Source: a virus (Duplodnaviria; Heunggongvirae; Uroviricota; Caudoviricetes). Taken from it: a DNA stretch of 64,000 bases. Under the pieces are notes generated by a model. The model searched no databases and was not told the origin of the DNA. It was given only the letters and a program-made list of their open reading frames with translations. The stretch is from positions 31,270 through 95,269 of IMG/VR virus record IMGVR_UViG_3300033074_000580. One strand, 5' to 3'. Every line of letters begins with the position of its first letter. Within the stretch, counting starts at the first letter, position 1. Made by a program: the position numbers and the translations under genes. Shown here piece by piece: positions 29,262 through 38,548 of this stretch.

Positions 29262-30428
29262 TTAATAAATTAGTATGTCGTTATCTTCTGTAAATAGATA
29301 TTCACCATTTTCAGTTGTTATACCTACTGACGTAAATGCCGTTATTTCTTGACTACAAGGTGACTGACATTCGTTTATATTATAATTTGGATAAATTGTA
29401 GTTTTATAATGATGTTTAACGTGTACAAAATCTAGAGGTTCTTCAAAATACTTAACCTGTAATAATGAGAATTCAGTATTACCCGTGTGTAAAGTATTAT
29501 AACCAGTAGTTCCCCCACCCCAAGATTGTATTATTTGATTTTCAGACTCTCTTAAAGACGGTATTACTTCTTCCCAATTTTTTAATTTATATATTGGTTT
29601 ACCGTTTAGATAAATTGTTAATGTCCCTAATCTATTTAATCTATTATTCCACCATTTTTTGTTTAACTCTTCGATAAACTCGTTTGTAATTGTTCCCCCA
29701 CTCATCCAATCATAAATGTCGTTGCTTATGGTATAACCTGTCATTATTTGGGTTGATGTGGAACCGGTATCGTTTGGCGTATAGGAAACTGGATGTGGAC
29801 CTAAAATTAAATCATTCCACCCACCTTCGTTTTCTATTTCACAATTATTATATTCATTATTTCTTGTAAATGTAATTGTAACATTAAAATCGGACGACGT
29901 ACCACCGCTACATAATACTGGTGTTTGTCCTGATAATGTATAATATGATTCGGTATATCCCGATATGGTATCACAAACCCCCGAATAGTGGTATTTTTCC
30001 CATTTTATTCTACCGTCATTTGTAAATGAAAATGATAGATTATTGTCCGCGTAGTATCTTTCATTGGTTTCCCCACTAATACCCCAATAATAGAATGTTG
30101 TTCCTCCAGACCAATTTATGCTTTCTTTATTAAAAACAAAATCTAATGTCCACCCCTTTTCTGTACGTCTTCTAACCGTAAAATCACACGTATCTCCCGT
30201 ATAGTTATTGTTAATTTCATAAACCCACGGTTTAACATCATCTAATATATTTGTTAAACATGAAGAGTCCACAGTTAGTCCCGAATATAATATCTCAGTA
30301 TTAAAATCCAACACCTCGGAATTGTAATCGTCGGTTATTTTGGACAGTTCAAAATCATATAATTCAGAATAATCCAATTTTAAATCCAATTTACTACCGT
30401 AAAACTTTAAAATATTTTGGTTTGCCAT
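29262..30428 (-). CDS. Virion structural protein rich in [S/T]GxT motifs
   Basis: Start MANQ lies 5 nt after a late motif; lectin-like beta pattern; ends TENGEYLFTEDNDILIY. Confidence 0.55.
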   Translation of the reverse strand: MANQNILKFYGSKLDLKLDYSELYDFELSKITDDYNSEVLDFNTEILYSGLTVDSSCLTNILDDVKPWVYEINNNYTGDTCDFTVRRRTEKGWTLDFVFNKESINWSGGTTFYYWGISGETNERYYADNNLSFSFTNDGRIKWEKYHYSGVCDTISGYTESYYTLSGQTPVLCSGGTSSDFNVTITFTRNNEYNNCEIENEGGWNDLILGPHPVSYTPNDTGSTSTQIMTGYTISNDIYDWMSGGTITNEFIEELNKKWWNNRLNRLGTLTIYLNGKPIYKLKNWEEVIPSLRESENQIIQSWGGGTTGYNTLHTGNTEFSLLQVKYFEEPLDFVHVKHHYKTTIYPNYNINECQSPCSQEITAFTSVGITTENGEYLFTEDNDILIY

Positions 30429-30433
30429 CGTTA

Positions 30434-30466
30434 TATAAATATCTTTCATAACATTTGATATTTATA
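30434..30466. promoter_or_regulatory. Back-to-back divergent late-promoter motifs (TATTTATA on each coding strand)
   Basis: TATAAATA at 30434-30441 (serves the minus-strand gene) and TATTTATA at 30459-30466 (serves the plus-strand gene). Confidence 0.65.
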
Positions 30467-30482
30467 TAAAAAGTGTATTTAC

Positions 30483-31235
30483 ATGAATAATTTTATAAAA
30501 CAGGTTATTGAAGAGAAATTCGCCTCAAAAGCACAACAAAGATTCTTTTATGCGAAAGCAAACGAGAAGGGTGCATCCAAGAAAGAAAAAAAGAAATGGG
30601 GTAAATGGGCTAAAGAGTTTTCAGATAAGACGGATTATGAAAAAATACCTGATAAAGTTGAAAATGAAGTTGAAGTTGACGAAATTGTTGACAAAAATGG
30701 TAATATAGCTAGAAGTAAGAAATCGACAGATGCCAATACAAAAGGTATCACTTCAAATAAAACAACTGATGAAGTTGTTAAAACGGCTAGAGGTCAATCA
30801 GGTAGTTATCACACAAGTGGTACACAAAACTACACAAGATATTGGGGTGAATCTGACATTTCTAAAGCTTTAGGTGCAAAAGACACAATTATTCAAGATT
30901 TACCATATGACGACGCAAAAGACCATATGGAAGATGATTTGGGTTTAGACGATAACGAAGCGGAAGAGAGATTAGCACAAATGGGATATGACAAAAAATT
31001 ACCCGACGATAAAGTTAGACTTGTCGAAAATCCTAAAAAATTTATGGAAGAATACATCGAAAGTGTATTGAAATCCAAAGGTAAGGATAATGATATCGTA
31101 CCAAAAGAAGAAGAAATTGAAGAAAAAGAGATAAATCCAATTATTTTAAAGCAATTAAAATCGTTAAAAAATAGTTTACAAAGTCATAATTTATCGGTGA
31201 ATGATATTATGAAACACTTAAAAGACAATGAATAA
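30483..31235 (+). CDS. Hypothetical protein, probable internal head protein
   Basis: 250 aa; VIEE followed by a basic module KFASKAQQRFFYAK. Confidence 0.55.
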   Translation: MNNFIKQVIEEKFASKAQQRFFYAKANEKGASKKEKKKWGKWAKEFSDKTDYEKIPDKVENEVEVDEIVDKNGNIARSKKSTDANTKGITSNKTTDEVVKTARGQSGSYHTSGTQNYTRYWGESDISKALGAKDTIIQDLPYDDAKDHMEDDLGLDDNEAEERLAQMGYDKKLPDDKVRLVENPKKFMEEYIESVLKSKGKDNDIVPKEEEIEEKEINPIILKQLKSLKNSLQSHNLSVNDIMKHLKDNE

Positions 31236-31725
31236 AGAATTAAATGGTAGGGTATTTGACATACCTGAAAACATATTACATAAAATTACACAGACGGTTA
31301 ATAGTTTGGGTGGTCAACATATTCATGGTCTTAATAGAGCAAAAAAATTATTATCAGACAAAACTGTAAAATATAGTCAACTTAAAAGAATTATACATGA
31401 TTTAAAAAACATGGATAAAACTGCAGATAGAGTTAGATATGACCTTTATGGTGGTGAATTGATGGATAATTGGTCTAAACAATTTTTAAAAGGAGAAAGG
31501 GATTTAATAAGTAATAGAAAAGACTCAAGAAAAAGGGCAGATGAAATTGGTGGAATAACAGGAGAAAGAAAAAATAGTCACCTTAAATCACATTCAAAAA
31601 AACCCGATTTTCTTCCATCTTTAAACATGGTTAAGAGTAATTCACATAAAAACTCAATTAGTCCTATTGTATCATTGGGATTATTTGAAGAAATACAAAA
31701 ATTTAAAAAACTAATAAACTACTAA
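31228..31725 (+). CDS. Hypothetical basic protein with C-terminal LFEEIQKFKKLINY tag
   Basis: 165 aa ORF in the late operon. Confidence 0.55.
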   Translation: MNKELNGRVFDIPENILHKITQTVNSLGGQHIHGLNRAKKLLSDKTVKYSQLKRIIHDLKNMDKTADRVRYDLYGGELMDNWSKQFLKGERDLISNRKDSRKRADEIGGITGERKNSHLKSHSKKPDFLPSLNMVKSNSHKNSISPIVSLGLFEEIQKFKKLINY

Positions 31726-31726
31726 T

Positions 31727-32104
31727 ATGGCAACACAATTAGAATTATTGGCTCAAAAGTATAGAACAGAAGTTTTGGGACCAAACATCTACAAAGAAGA
31801 TAAAGGATATTCATCGAATAACAAAAACGCGTTATCTGACGGTGATGCAAAAGGTAAAGGTGAATTAGACGGGTCAATAGGTTCTTCTGTTGACGTACAG
31901 AATAGAATTGATAATCTTAATAGAAATAGATATAATAACGGTAACGAATACTCATCAACTAATAAAGACGCAATATCTGACGGAGATGAATTTGGAAAAG
32001 GTGAATTAGATGGTTCTGTAGGTTCATCGATTGATATTCAACAAAGAATTGATGCGGTTGGTAGAAATAAATTTAATGCAAAGAAGGGTTATCCTGATTT
32101 CTAA
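31727..32104 (+). CDS. Hypothetical protein made of two 47-aa repeats
   Basis: YSS.NK.A.SDGD..GKGELDGS.GSS.D.Q.RID...RN repeated with a 141-nt period (31808, 31949). Confidence 0.65.
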   Translation: MATQLELLAQKYRTEVLGPNIYKEDKGYSSNNKNALSDGDAKGKGELDGSIGSSVDVQNRIDNLNRNRYNNGNEYSSTNKDAISDGDEFGKGELDGSVGSSIDIQQRIDAVGRNKFNAKKGYPDF

Positions 32105-32107
32105 TAT

Positions 32108-32821
32108 ATGATTTTTAACGATATACTCTTTAAAATACTTGAAGAGCAAAACATAATTAAAACAACTAAAACTAAACCTATTGTTAACGCGATTAAAAAT
32201 AGGAATAAGATTAGTTTTTATTATAGTGGACCAAGAAAGGGGAAAGACGGTGTTAAATCAGGATATCGTGTTAAAGTGGAACCAGTTGCAATTGGGTTAA
32301 GTAAAAAGGGTAACTTAATATTAAGAGGATATACACAACCACCATCTACCACAAAAACCGGTTTCGCAAAACACGGATGGAGAACTTTTATTTTAGGTAG
32401 AATGAGTAACGTTCAAATTACCGATGAAGTCTTTAATCAAAAAAGACCAGGTTATAAAGAAGGTCCTGATGGTTCAATGACTACAACATATGTAACAGTA
32501 GATTGGGGTAAACAACCTGAGGTTAAAAAACCAAGAATTGTTAAACCTAAACCAGTCGACGTGAAACCAGAGGTAAAACCTTCAGAACCAGAAGTAAAAC
32601 CTCAACCTGAAAAAGTTGAACCTCAAAAACAAGAATTACCTCAACCAAAACCTGAGGTAAAACCACAAGCATCACCCGAACCCGAAAAGGAAATTCAGAA
32701 AGACGTTGAACTACCTCAACCAAAACCTGAGGAGACTCCAACTCCGAATCCTGAAGAAGATGAGGAAAATAAAAATTTACAAGAAAGTATAAATAGAATT
32801 AAAAGTTTAATGTTATTATAA
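32108..32821 (+). CDS. WYL-domain protein with Pro/Glu-rich tail
   Basis: AIKNRNKISFYY...RVKVEPVAIG...LILRGY...GWRTFILGRMSNVQIT. Confidence 0.75.
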   Translation: MIFNDILFKILEEQNIIKTTKTKPIVNAIKNRNKISFYYSGPRKGKDGVKSGYRVKVEPVAIGLSKKGNLILRGYTQPPSTTKTGFAKHGWRTFILGRMSNVQITDEVFNQKRPGYKEGPDGSMTTTYVTVDWGKQPEVKKPRIVKPKPVDVKPEVKPSEPEVKPQPEKVEPQKQELPQPKPEVKPQASPEPEKEIQKDVELPQPKPEETPTPNPEEDEENKNLQESINRIKSLMLL

Positions 32822-32852
32822 AAAACATTATATTATAAAAAATATTAGAACT

Positions 32853-33434
32853 ATGTCACAAGGTCAAGGAACAATATCATCGAACGATTTAATGATGAAA
32901 TTAGTACAAGCAAAGAAAGTAATGAATAAAGTAGATGGTGGAAATTATGAGAGAGGTCATGTTAATGAAAATGTACTTAGAAGTAATCCTGAAGATTTTA
33001 TGGGTGAAATGCAACAAATGCCAGTTGCTAACACAAGACCTGTGAATAATGGAGAATTAAATGTTTCCAAAATACAAAGTTCTAAATTACCTGAAGCAAT
33101 TAAAAAGGCTATGATTGAGAATCCAATTCCACAAATATCTTTAAGTGATACCTTAGATATGGATTTTGTTAAAGGTGCTAAACGTTTAATGGAACAGGAA
33201 GGTGTATCAACTAAATCAACTCCACAGCAACCACAAAGACAATCGTCAGGTGGTAATATCGATATGAACGCCATTGCGGTTTTAATCGAGAATACCGTTC
33301 GTAAGGTTATGGATGAAAAGTTAAATCAAATATTAACAGCATCACAAACGTCATCAATCAACGAAAATCTTGTATTAAAAGTTGGTGATTCAGTATTCAA
33401 AGGAAAAATTACTGGCGTAAATAAAGCAAAGTAG
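32853..33434 (+). CDS. Hypothetical protein
   Basis: 193 aa ORF (SKLPEAIKKAMIENPI). Confidence 0.6.
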   Translation: MSQGQGTISSNDLMMKLVQAKKVMNKVDGGNYERGHVNENVLRSNPEDFMGEMQQMPVANTRPVNNGELNVSKIQSSKLPEAIKKAMIENPIPQISLSDTLDMDFVKGAKRLMEQEGVSTKSTPQQPQRQSSGGNIDMNAIAVLIENTVRKVMDEKLNQILTASQTSSINENLVLKVGDSVFKGKITGVNKAK

Positions 33435-33435
33435 T

Positions 33436-33466
33436 TTTGTTTTTTCAATTTTTTTATCTATATTTT
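33436..33466 (+). promoter_or_regulatory. Bacteroidota-type sigma-A-like promoter
   Basis: TTTG-N19-TATATTTT upstream of the glycosyltransferase gene. Confidence 0.45.
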
Positions 33467-33485
33467 AGACATATAATGTTATATA

Positions 33486-34709
33486 ATGTCAAAAATTAAG
33501 ATTTTAGCAATACCGTCAGATAAATTTGGAGTGGGTAAATTTAGAGTATTAGACCCATACAAATATATTGGTGATAACCATTCTGACGATGTGCACGTAG
33601 ACATCACATTTGATGCAGAAAATAATGATGAATATTTTTTAAATTACAATATTGTAGTTTTTCATACGTTTATTCACCAAACAAATCACGAAGATAATGT
33701 TAACCGAATAAAATGGTTAAAAGAAAAAGGAATCAAAGTCATAATGGACATTGATGATATGTGGTTTGTTGACCAAAGACACCCAATGTATCTCCAAATT
33801 AAAAATTCTAAATTGGGTGAGATGAAAATTGAAATGATGAAATTAGTTGATTGTGTCACAACAACAACACCAATTTTCGCAAAAACAATAAAAGATAGAT
33901 TGAATGTTAAAAATGTTGAGATTTTTCCTAACGCGGTTAATGACGAGGAATTACAATTTCAACCAAACCCAAGTAAGTCAGATAAAATTAGATTTGGTTG
34001 GTTAGGTGGGTCATCTCACTTATATGATATTGAGTTAATGTCTGGAGGTATTTCGTCAACACATAATTCGTTTAAAGATAAAGTACAATTTGTTTTATGT
34101 GGTTTTGATTTAAGAGGTACGGTAACTGAGATTGACCAATATGGTAATAAAAGAAATCGTCCAATACAACCTTCGGAAACTGTTTGGTACAAATACGAAA
34201 AAATGTTTACCGATGATTACAAAGTTTTAGATGAACAATATAAAAACTTTTTGTTAACTTTCACAGAAATACCTTATGATGATGTGGACAAACCATATAG
34301 AAGAAGATGGACACAAAATGTTTCAACATATGCATCGAATTACAATACATTTGACGTATCTTTGGCACCGTTAGTTGAAAGTTTATTCAACGCTAATAAA
34401 TCACAATTAAAAGTGATTGAGGCGGGATTCCATAAAAAGGCACTAATTGCAAGTGAAACGGACCCATATACTTTAGACTTAATAAACGCAGTTGACAACG
34501 GGAACTTCAATAATAAAGGTAACGCCTTATTAGTAAATCCTAAGAGAAATCATAAGGATTGGGCAAAACAAATGAAGAGATTAGTTGAAAATCCAAATAT
34601 GATTGAAGACTTAGGTAATCGATTATATGAAACAGTAAAGGATACATACTCACTAAAAAAAGTGTGTAACGATAGAGTACAATTTTTTAAATCAATTATA
34701 AACAAGTAA
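33486..34709 (+). CDS. Glycosyltransferase, GT-B fold (GT4-like)
   Basis: MDIDD, FGWLGGSSH and DVSLAPL..FNANKSQLKVIEAG motifs. Confidence 0.85.
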   Translation: MSKIKILAIPSDKFGVGKFRVLDPYKYIGDNHSDDVHVDITFDAENNDEYFLNYNIVVFHTFIHQTNHEDNVNRIKWLKEKGIKVIMDIDDMWFVDQRHPMYLQIKNSKLGEMKIEMMKLVDCVTTTTPIFAKTIKDRLNVKNVEIFPNAVNDEELQFQPNPSKSDKIRFGWLGGSSHLYDIELMSGGISSTHNSFKDKVQFVLCGFDLRGTVTEIDQYGNKRNRPIQPSETVWYKYEKMFTDDYKVLDEQYKNFLLTFTEIPYDDVDKPYRRRWTQNVSTYASNYNTFDVSLAPLVESLFNANKSQLKVIEAGFHKKALIASETDPYTLDLINAVDNGNFNNKGNALLVNPKRNHKDWAKQMKRLVENPNMIEDLGNRLYETVKDTYSLKKVCNDRVQFFKSIINK

Positions 34710-34720
34710 ACAAAAAAAAC

Positions 34721-34954
34721 ATGCATTACTTAGTAACTATCGGTTATGAAACCGAACAAATGGACAGAGCAGGAAACCCAAGACTTCAAAAATTGAAATA
34801 CATTGTTGAAGCAGAATCTGTTGAAGAGGCAACTATTGTTGCATCGAAATACAGAGCTGGTGACATGAGGTCAAGTGAAAGCATTTCTATTGCAAAAATG
34901 GCAATTGAATGTGTAATTGACCAAAAAAACACACCAGAGTATTACAAAGGATAA
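34721..34954 (+). CDS. DUF4494-like small protein
   Basis: YLVTIGYE...KLKYIVEAESVEEA pattern. Confidence 0.45.
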   Translation: MHYLVTIGYETEQMDRAGNPRLQKLKYIVEAESVEEATIVASKYRAGDMRSSESISIAKMAIECVIDQKNTPEYYKG

Positions 34955-34978
34955 TAAACAATAAACACCAACAGTATT

Positions 34979-35194
34979 ATGGATTTTTATAGTAAAGATA
35001 TACAAATAATGCGTCAATCGCAGAGTAAAATGGCTTTAGAGTATCTTAATACTGTTGGTGTTAAAGTTACCTTTGAGGAACTTCAACGAGTAACTGATGT
35101 TTTCGTTGAGTGTTGCTTACGTCCACAAGACAATGACTTAAAAGAAAGAATTAAGAAATTGGATAAATGGATTTTAGATAAAAAAATGAGTTAA
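34979..35194 (+). CDS. Hypothetical protein
   Basis: 71 aa ORF within the operon. Confidence 0.55.
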   Translation: MDFYSKDIQIMRQSQSKMALEYLNTVGVKVTFEELQRVTDVFVECCLRPQDNDLKERIKKLDKWILDKKMS

Positions 35195-35195
35195 A

Positions 35196-35792
35196 ATGAA
35201 TCAAAAAGATTTAGAAGAATATCTTAAAAAATTAAAAGAATTTGAAACTGAATTAAGTTCTGAAGAAGATGTAGATGAAAATTTCTTAGAAGAAGTTAAT
35301 AAAGTTCTGGGTAGTTTATTAAATGACGCATCAAGACATGATAAAAGGGAAACTCCCAATTTTAATGTTAAAGTAGGTGTAAAAAAATTACATCCATACG
35401 CAGTAATCCCATCGTATTCAAAACCAGGAGATGCGGGTATGGATTTAACAATTACAAGAAGAATATCTAATACTACCTTTGACGTTACTTATGGTTTCGG
35501 TATTGCTATGGAAATACCCGAAGGTTACGTTGGGTTAGTATTCCCACGTTCATCTGTAAGAAACAAAGAACTATTGTTGTCAAATTGTGTAGGTGTTATC
35601 GATAGTGGATATCGTGGCGAAATACAGGCAACATTTAAAAAATTAAACGGATTAGATTCCACACAATACGAAGTTGGCGACAGAGGAGCACAAATCGTAA
35701 TATTACCATATCCAAAAATTGAAATGATTGAAAAAGAAGAATTAACTGATACCGATAGAGGTGAAGGGGGATTCGGTTCAACAGGAAAATAG
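35196..35792 (+). CDS. dut: Trimeric dUTPase with an acidic N-terminal extension
   Basis: AGMDL, PRSS, GVIDSGYRGE, AQ and RGEGGFGSTG motifs. Confidence 0.95.
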   Translation: MNQKDLEEYLKKLKEFETELSSEEDVDENFLEEVNKVLGSLLNDASRHDKRETPNFNVKVGVKKLHPYAVIPSYSKPGDAGMDLTITRRISNTTFDVTYGFGIAMEIPEGYVGLVFPRSSVRNKELLLSNCVGVIDSGYRGEIQATFKKLNGLDSTQYEVGDRGAQIVILPYPKIEMIEKEELTDTDRGEGGFGSTGK

Positions 35793-35834
35793 AAGATATT
35801 TATAAACAATAATCGTAAATAAAACCGATATATT

Positions 35835-36566
35835 TTGGCAGTAAAACCTAAAACTGGAAAAAGTAACCAACAAACCGTTACCATTGAGGAGAAAAAAACA
35901 TCACATAAAGATAAGATTAGACAAATTATAAAAAGGCCAAAAGAGAAATTCCTTACAAAAAATCAAGAAGAATATTGGAGAATTTTAGGTGAAAATCAAA
36001 TTACACTTTGCTTTGGTCCTGCGGGTGTGGGTAAATCATATATCGCAATGAAACGTGCGGTTGATTTATTGTACGACGATTCTAACAAATATGAAAAAAT
36101 TATTATAGTTAGACCTGCAGTTGAAGCTGAAGAAAAATTAGGTTCGTTACCTGGTGGATTGGAAGAAAAATTAGACCCATACATTTATCCGTCATATTAT
36201 CTTTTAAATAAAATTATCGGTAAAGAGGCTCGTGAATCTTTAAAAGATAATGGATATATCGAAGTTGCTGCACTTGCATATATGAGGGGATGGAATGTTG
36301 ATAATACTATTTTAGTATTCGAGGAAGCACAAAACGCAACTCCCGCACAAATAAAATTATTATTAACACGTATTGGTTTTAATTCTAAATTTTTCTTATC
36401 GGGGGACTTAGAACAATCCGATAAATTTAAAGATAAAACAAAATCAGGTTTATTTGATGCCAAAAAAAGATTACAAGGTGTTAAGGGAATTGGTGTCTTT
36501 GAATTTGGAAGTGAGGATATTGTTAGAAACCCAATCATCGGCGAAATATTAAATAGATACGATTAG
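35835..36566 (+). CDS. phoH: PhoH-family ATPase
   Basis: GPAGVGKS, RPAVE, LGSLPG, AYMRG, EEAQN and GDLEQSD motifs; TTG start. Confidence 0.92.
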   Translation: MAVKPKTGKSNQQTVTIEEKKTSHKDKIRQIIKRPKEKFLTKNQEEYWRILGENQITLCFGPAGVGKSYIAMKRAVDLLYDDSNKYEKIIIVRPAVEAEEKLGSLPGGLEEKLDPYIYPSYYLLNKIIGKEARESLKDNGYIEVAALAYMRGWNVDNTILVFEEAQNATPAQIKLLLTRIGFNSKFFLSGDLEQSDKFKDKTKSGLFDAKKRLQGVKGIGVFEFGSEDIVRNPIIGEILNRYD

Positions 36567-36603
36567 GGTTTACTTATAATTCTAATCGTATTATATTTCC
36601 CAT

Positions 36604-37254
36604 ATGGAAATATTCATTAGTATAGATGGTGTTTTAAGAAACACAATACAAAAATTCGATTATCACTATAATGACGCATATCTTTCAGGTGAATTACCTG
36701 AAGATAATACGTTTGAATATGGTGTTACCGAACCAATTCAAAACGATAATTTATTAAACTCATACAAATTCCAATCTAAGGAAGAGTTTGAGTTTTTTTT
36801 ATTTATCGAATACCCAATTGAAATTTTTGGTCACGCGGGATTGAGTTATTCAACCACATTTACTGATTTACATAAAATAATTTACGAAAATCAAGAACAC
36901 AATTTTACCTTGGTTGGATTAGATGAATTAGGTAAATCAAAACCGGCAACATTATTCTTTTTATCAAAAAATGGATTTTTGGGTAATAACATAAAATTCA
37001 TTAAAACTGAGGATATAAAAAATAATTGGGATAAATGTGATGTTTGGATTACCGATTCTAAAAAAATAATTGATGCCTGTCCTGAAGAAAAAACGGCTAT
37101 TAAATTCAATACGACTTATAATCAATACTTTACTTATAAAAAAGAAATATCTAAATTAACAGAAATAACAGAACCATGGTTGAACTATTCGGAAAAATCT
37201 ACTACATTGACATTGACGGAATCACAGACAAATGTAGAACAGGATACACAATAA
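36604..37254 (+). CDS. HAD-fold 5'-nucleotidase-like protein (motif I degenerate)
   Basis: IFISIDGVLRN N-terminus; CDVWITD; KFNTTYN. Confidence 0.55.
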   Translation: MEIFISIDGVLRNTIQKFDYHYNDAYLSGELPEDNTFEYGVTEPIQNDNLLNSYKFQSKEEFEFFLFIEYPIEIFGHAGLSYSTTFTDLHKIIYENQEHNFTLVGLDELGKSKPATLFFLSKNGFLGNNIKFIKTEDIKNNWDKCDVWITDSKKIIDACPEEKTAIKFNTTYNQYFTYKKEISKLTEITEPWLNYSEKSTTLTLTESQTNVEQDTQ

Positions 37255-37490
37255 AAGAAGAGGAATTAAATGACGAAGAAACCGAATCAACTGAAGCGAC
37301 TGAAATTAACATTTTTAAATATGAAATTATAAAAATGTGTTTAGAAAGAGTTTTAGGTGAAATAGATGAGGTTGACGATGAATTGGGTGCATTTGGTAAA
37401 AACACTTCAACTACATCATTTAAAATAGCATTTAATACTTTAATAAAACATAAAATCTTAATCGAAGAAATAAACGAAGACGATGAGTAA
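37176..37490 (+). CDS. Hypothetical acidic protein
   Basis: 104 aa ORF ending FKIAFNTLIKHKIL...; overlaps both neighbours. Confidence 0.55.
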   Translation: MVELFGKIYYIDIDGITDKCRTGYTIKEEELNDEETESTEATEINIFKYEIIKMCLERVLGEIDEVDDELGAFGKNTSTTSFKIAFNTLIKHKILIEEINEDDE

Positions 37491-38547
37491 CAAAGAAAAC
37501 ATAGAAAAATTAGAATCTGCAATTGGTAGATTAAAAACGAGTGAAAGTAGTGTGTATTTTTTAACATACGACACTAAAGGTAATGCTAGAGCATCTGTAA
37601 AATACATTTACGATTTGGCTCTTACTTTACATAAAAATGGAATACCTTCCAAAATTTTAGTTGAGGATAACACATATAAGGGTGTTGATTCTTGGTTAGG
37701 TGAGGAATATAATGTCTTACCAGTTGTTTCGATTAAAGAAGATAAAATTGAATTAAAAATTGATGATACATTAGTTGTCCCTGAATATTTCTCAAACGCA
37801 TTACAACAATTATCAAATATCAAATGTATTAAAGTAATGTTAGTACAACAAAAAGATTATATTTTTGAGACATTACCAATTGGAAGTCGTTGGAGTGATT
37901 ATGGATTTGATAGAGTTATCACAACTAACGAATCTACTAAAAAATACATTATGGAATATTTTCCAGAATCGTTAGTATTTGTAATTCCTCCAATCATTGG
38001 GGATAATTTTAAACCAATCAATTTACCACTAAAACCAATTGTTGCAATTAGTTGTAGAGATAGAGCGGTACATAGAAAAATCATTTCGGAATTTTATTTA
38101 AAATATCCACAATTGAGATGGGTTACATTTAAGGACATGGTTCAAATGTCATATAATGAATTTGCAGATGCGTTAAAAGAATGTATGGTTTCTGTGTGGG
38201 TTGATGATGAATCTACATTTGGTACATTCCCATTAGAATCCATGAAAAGTGGTGTACCAATTATTGGTAAAATTCCTGATGTTGAACCAGATTGGTTGTC
38301 TGAGAATGGTATGTGGACCTATGATGGTAATAAAATCGTAGATTTATTGGGTACATACATTTTAGCTTGGATTGAGGGGGTTGAACTTACAGACGAGGTG
38401 AAAGATAAAATGAAAGAAACTCTTTTACCATATGAAAAAACAATAACTGAAAATAACATTAGTTCTATTTTTAATTCATTAACCAATAAAAGAATTGAAA
38501 CATTGGAAAACGCGTTAAACAAATTAAAACAAGAAGAAACAGTATAA
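37483..38547 (+). CDS. Glycosyltransferase, GT-B fold
   Basis: VVPEYF and DDESTFGTFPLESMKSGVPIIG (GT4-like E-x7-E region). Confidence 0.75.
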   Translation: MSNKENIEKLESAIGRLKTSESSVYFLTYDTKGNARASVKYIYDLALTLHKNGIPSKILVEDNTYKGVDSWLGEEYNVLPVVSIKEDKIELKIDDTLVVPEYFSNALQQLSNIKCIKVMLVQQKDYIFETLPIGSRWSDYGFDRVITTNESTKKYIMEYFPESLVFVIPPIIGDNFKPINLPLKPIVAISCRDRAVHRKIISEFYLKYPQLRWVTFKDMVQMSYNEFADALKECMVSVWVDDESTFGTFPLESMKSGVPIIGKIPDVEPDWLSENGMWTYDGNKIVDLLGTYILAWIEGVELTDEVKDKMKETLLPYEKTITENNISSIFNSLTNKRIETLENALNKLKQEETV

Positions 38548-38548
38548 T

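Noticed and set aside
32552-32568. Second parS-like site
   Set aside because: Only a half-site (ACGTGAAAC), inside coding sequence.
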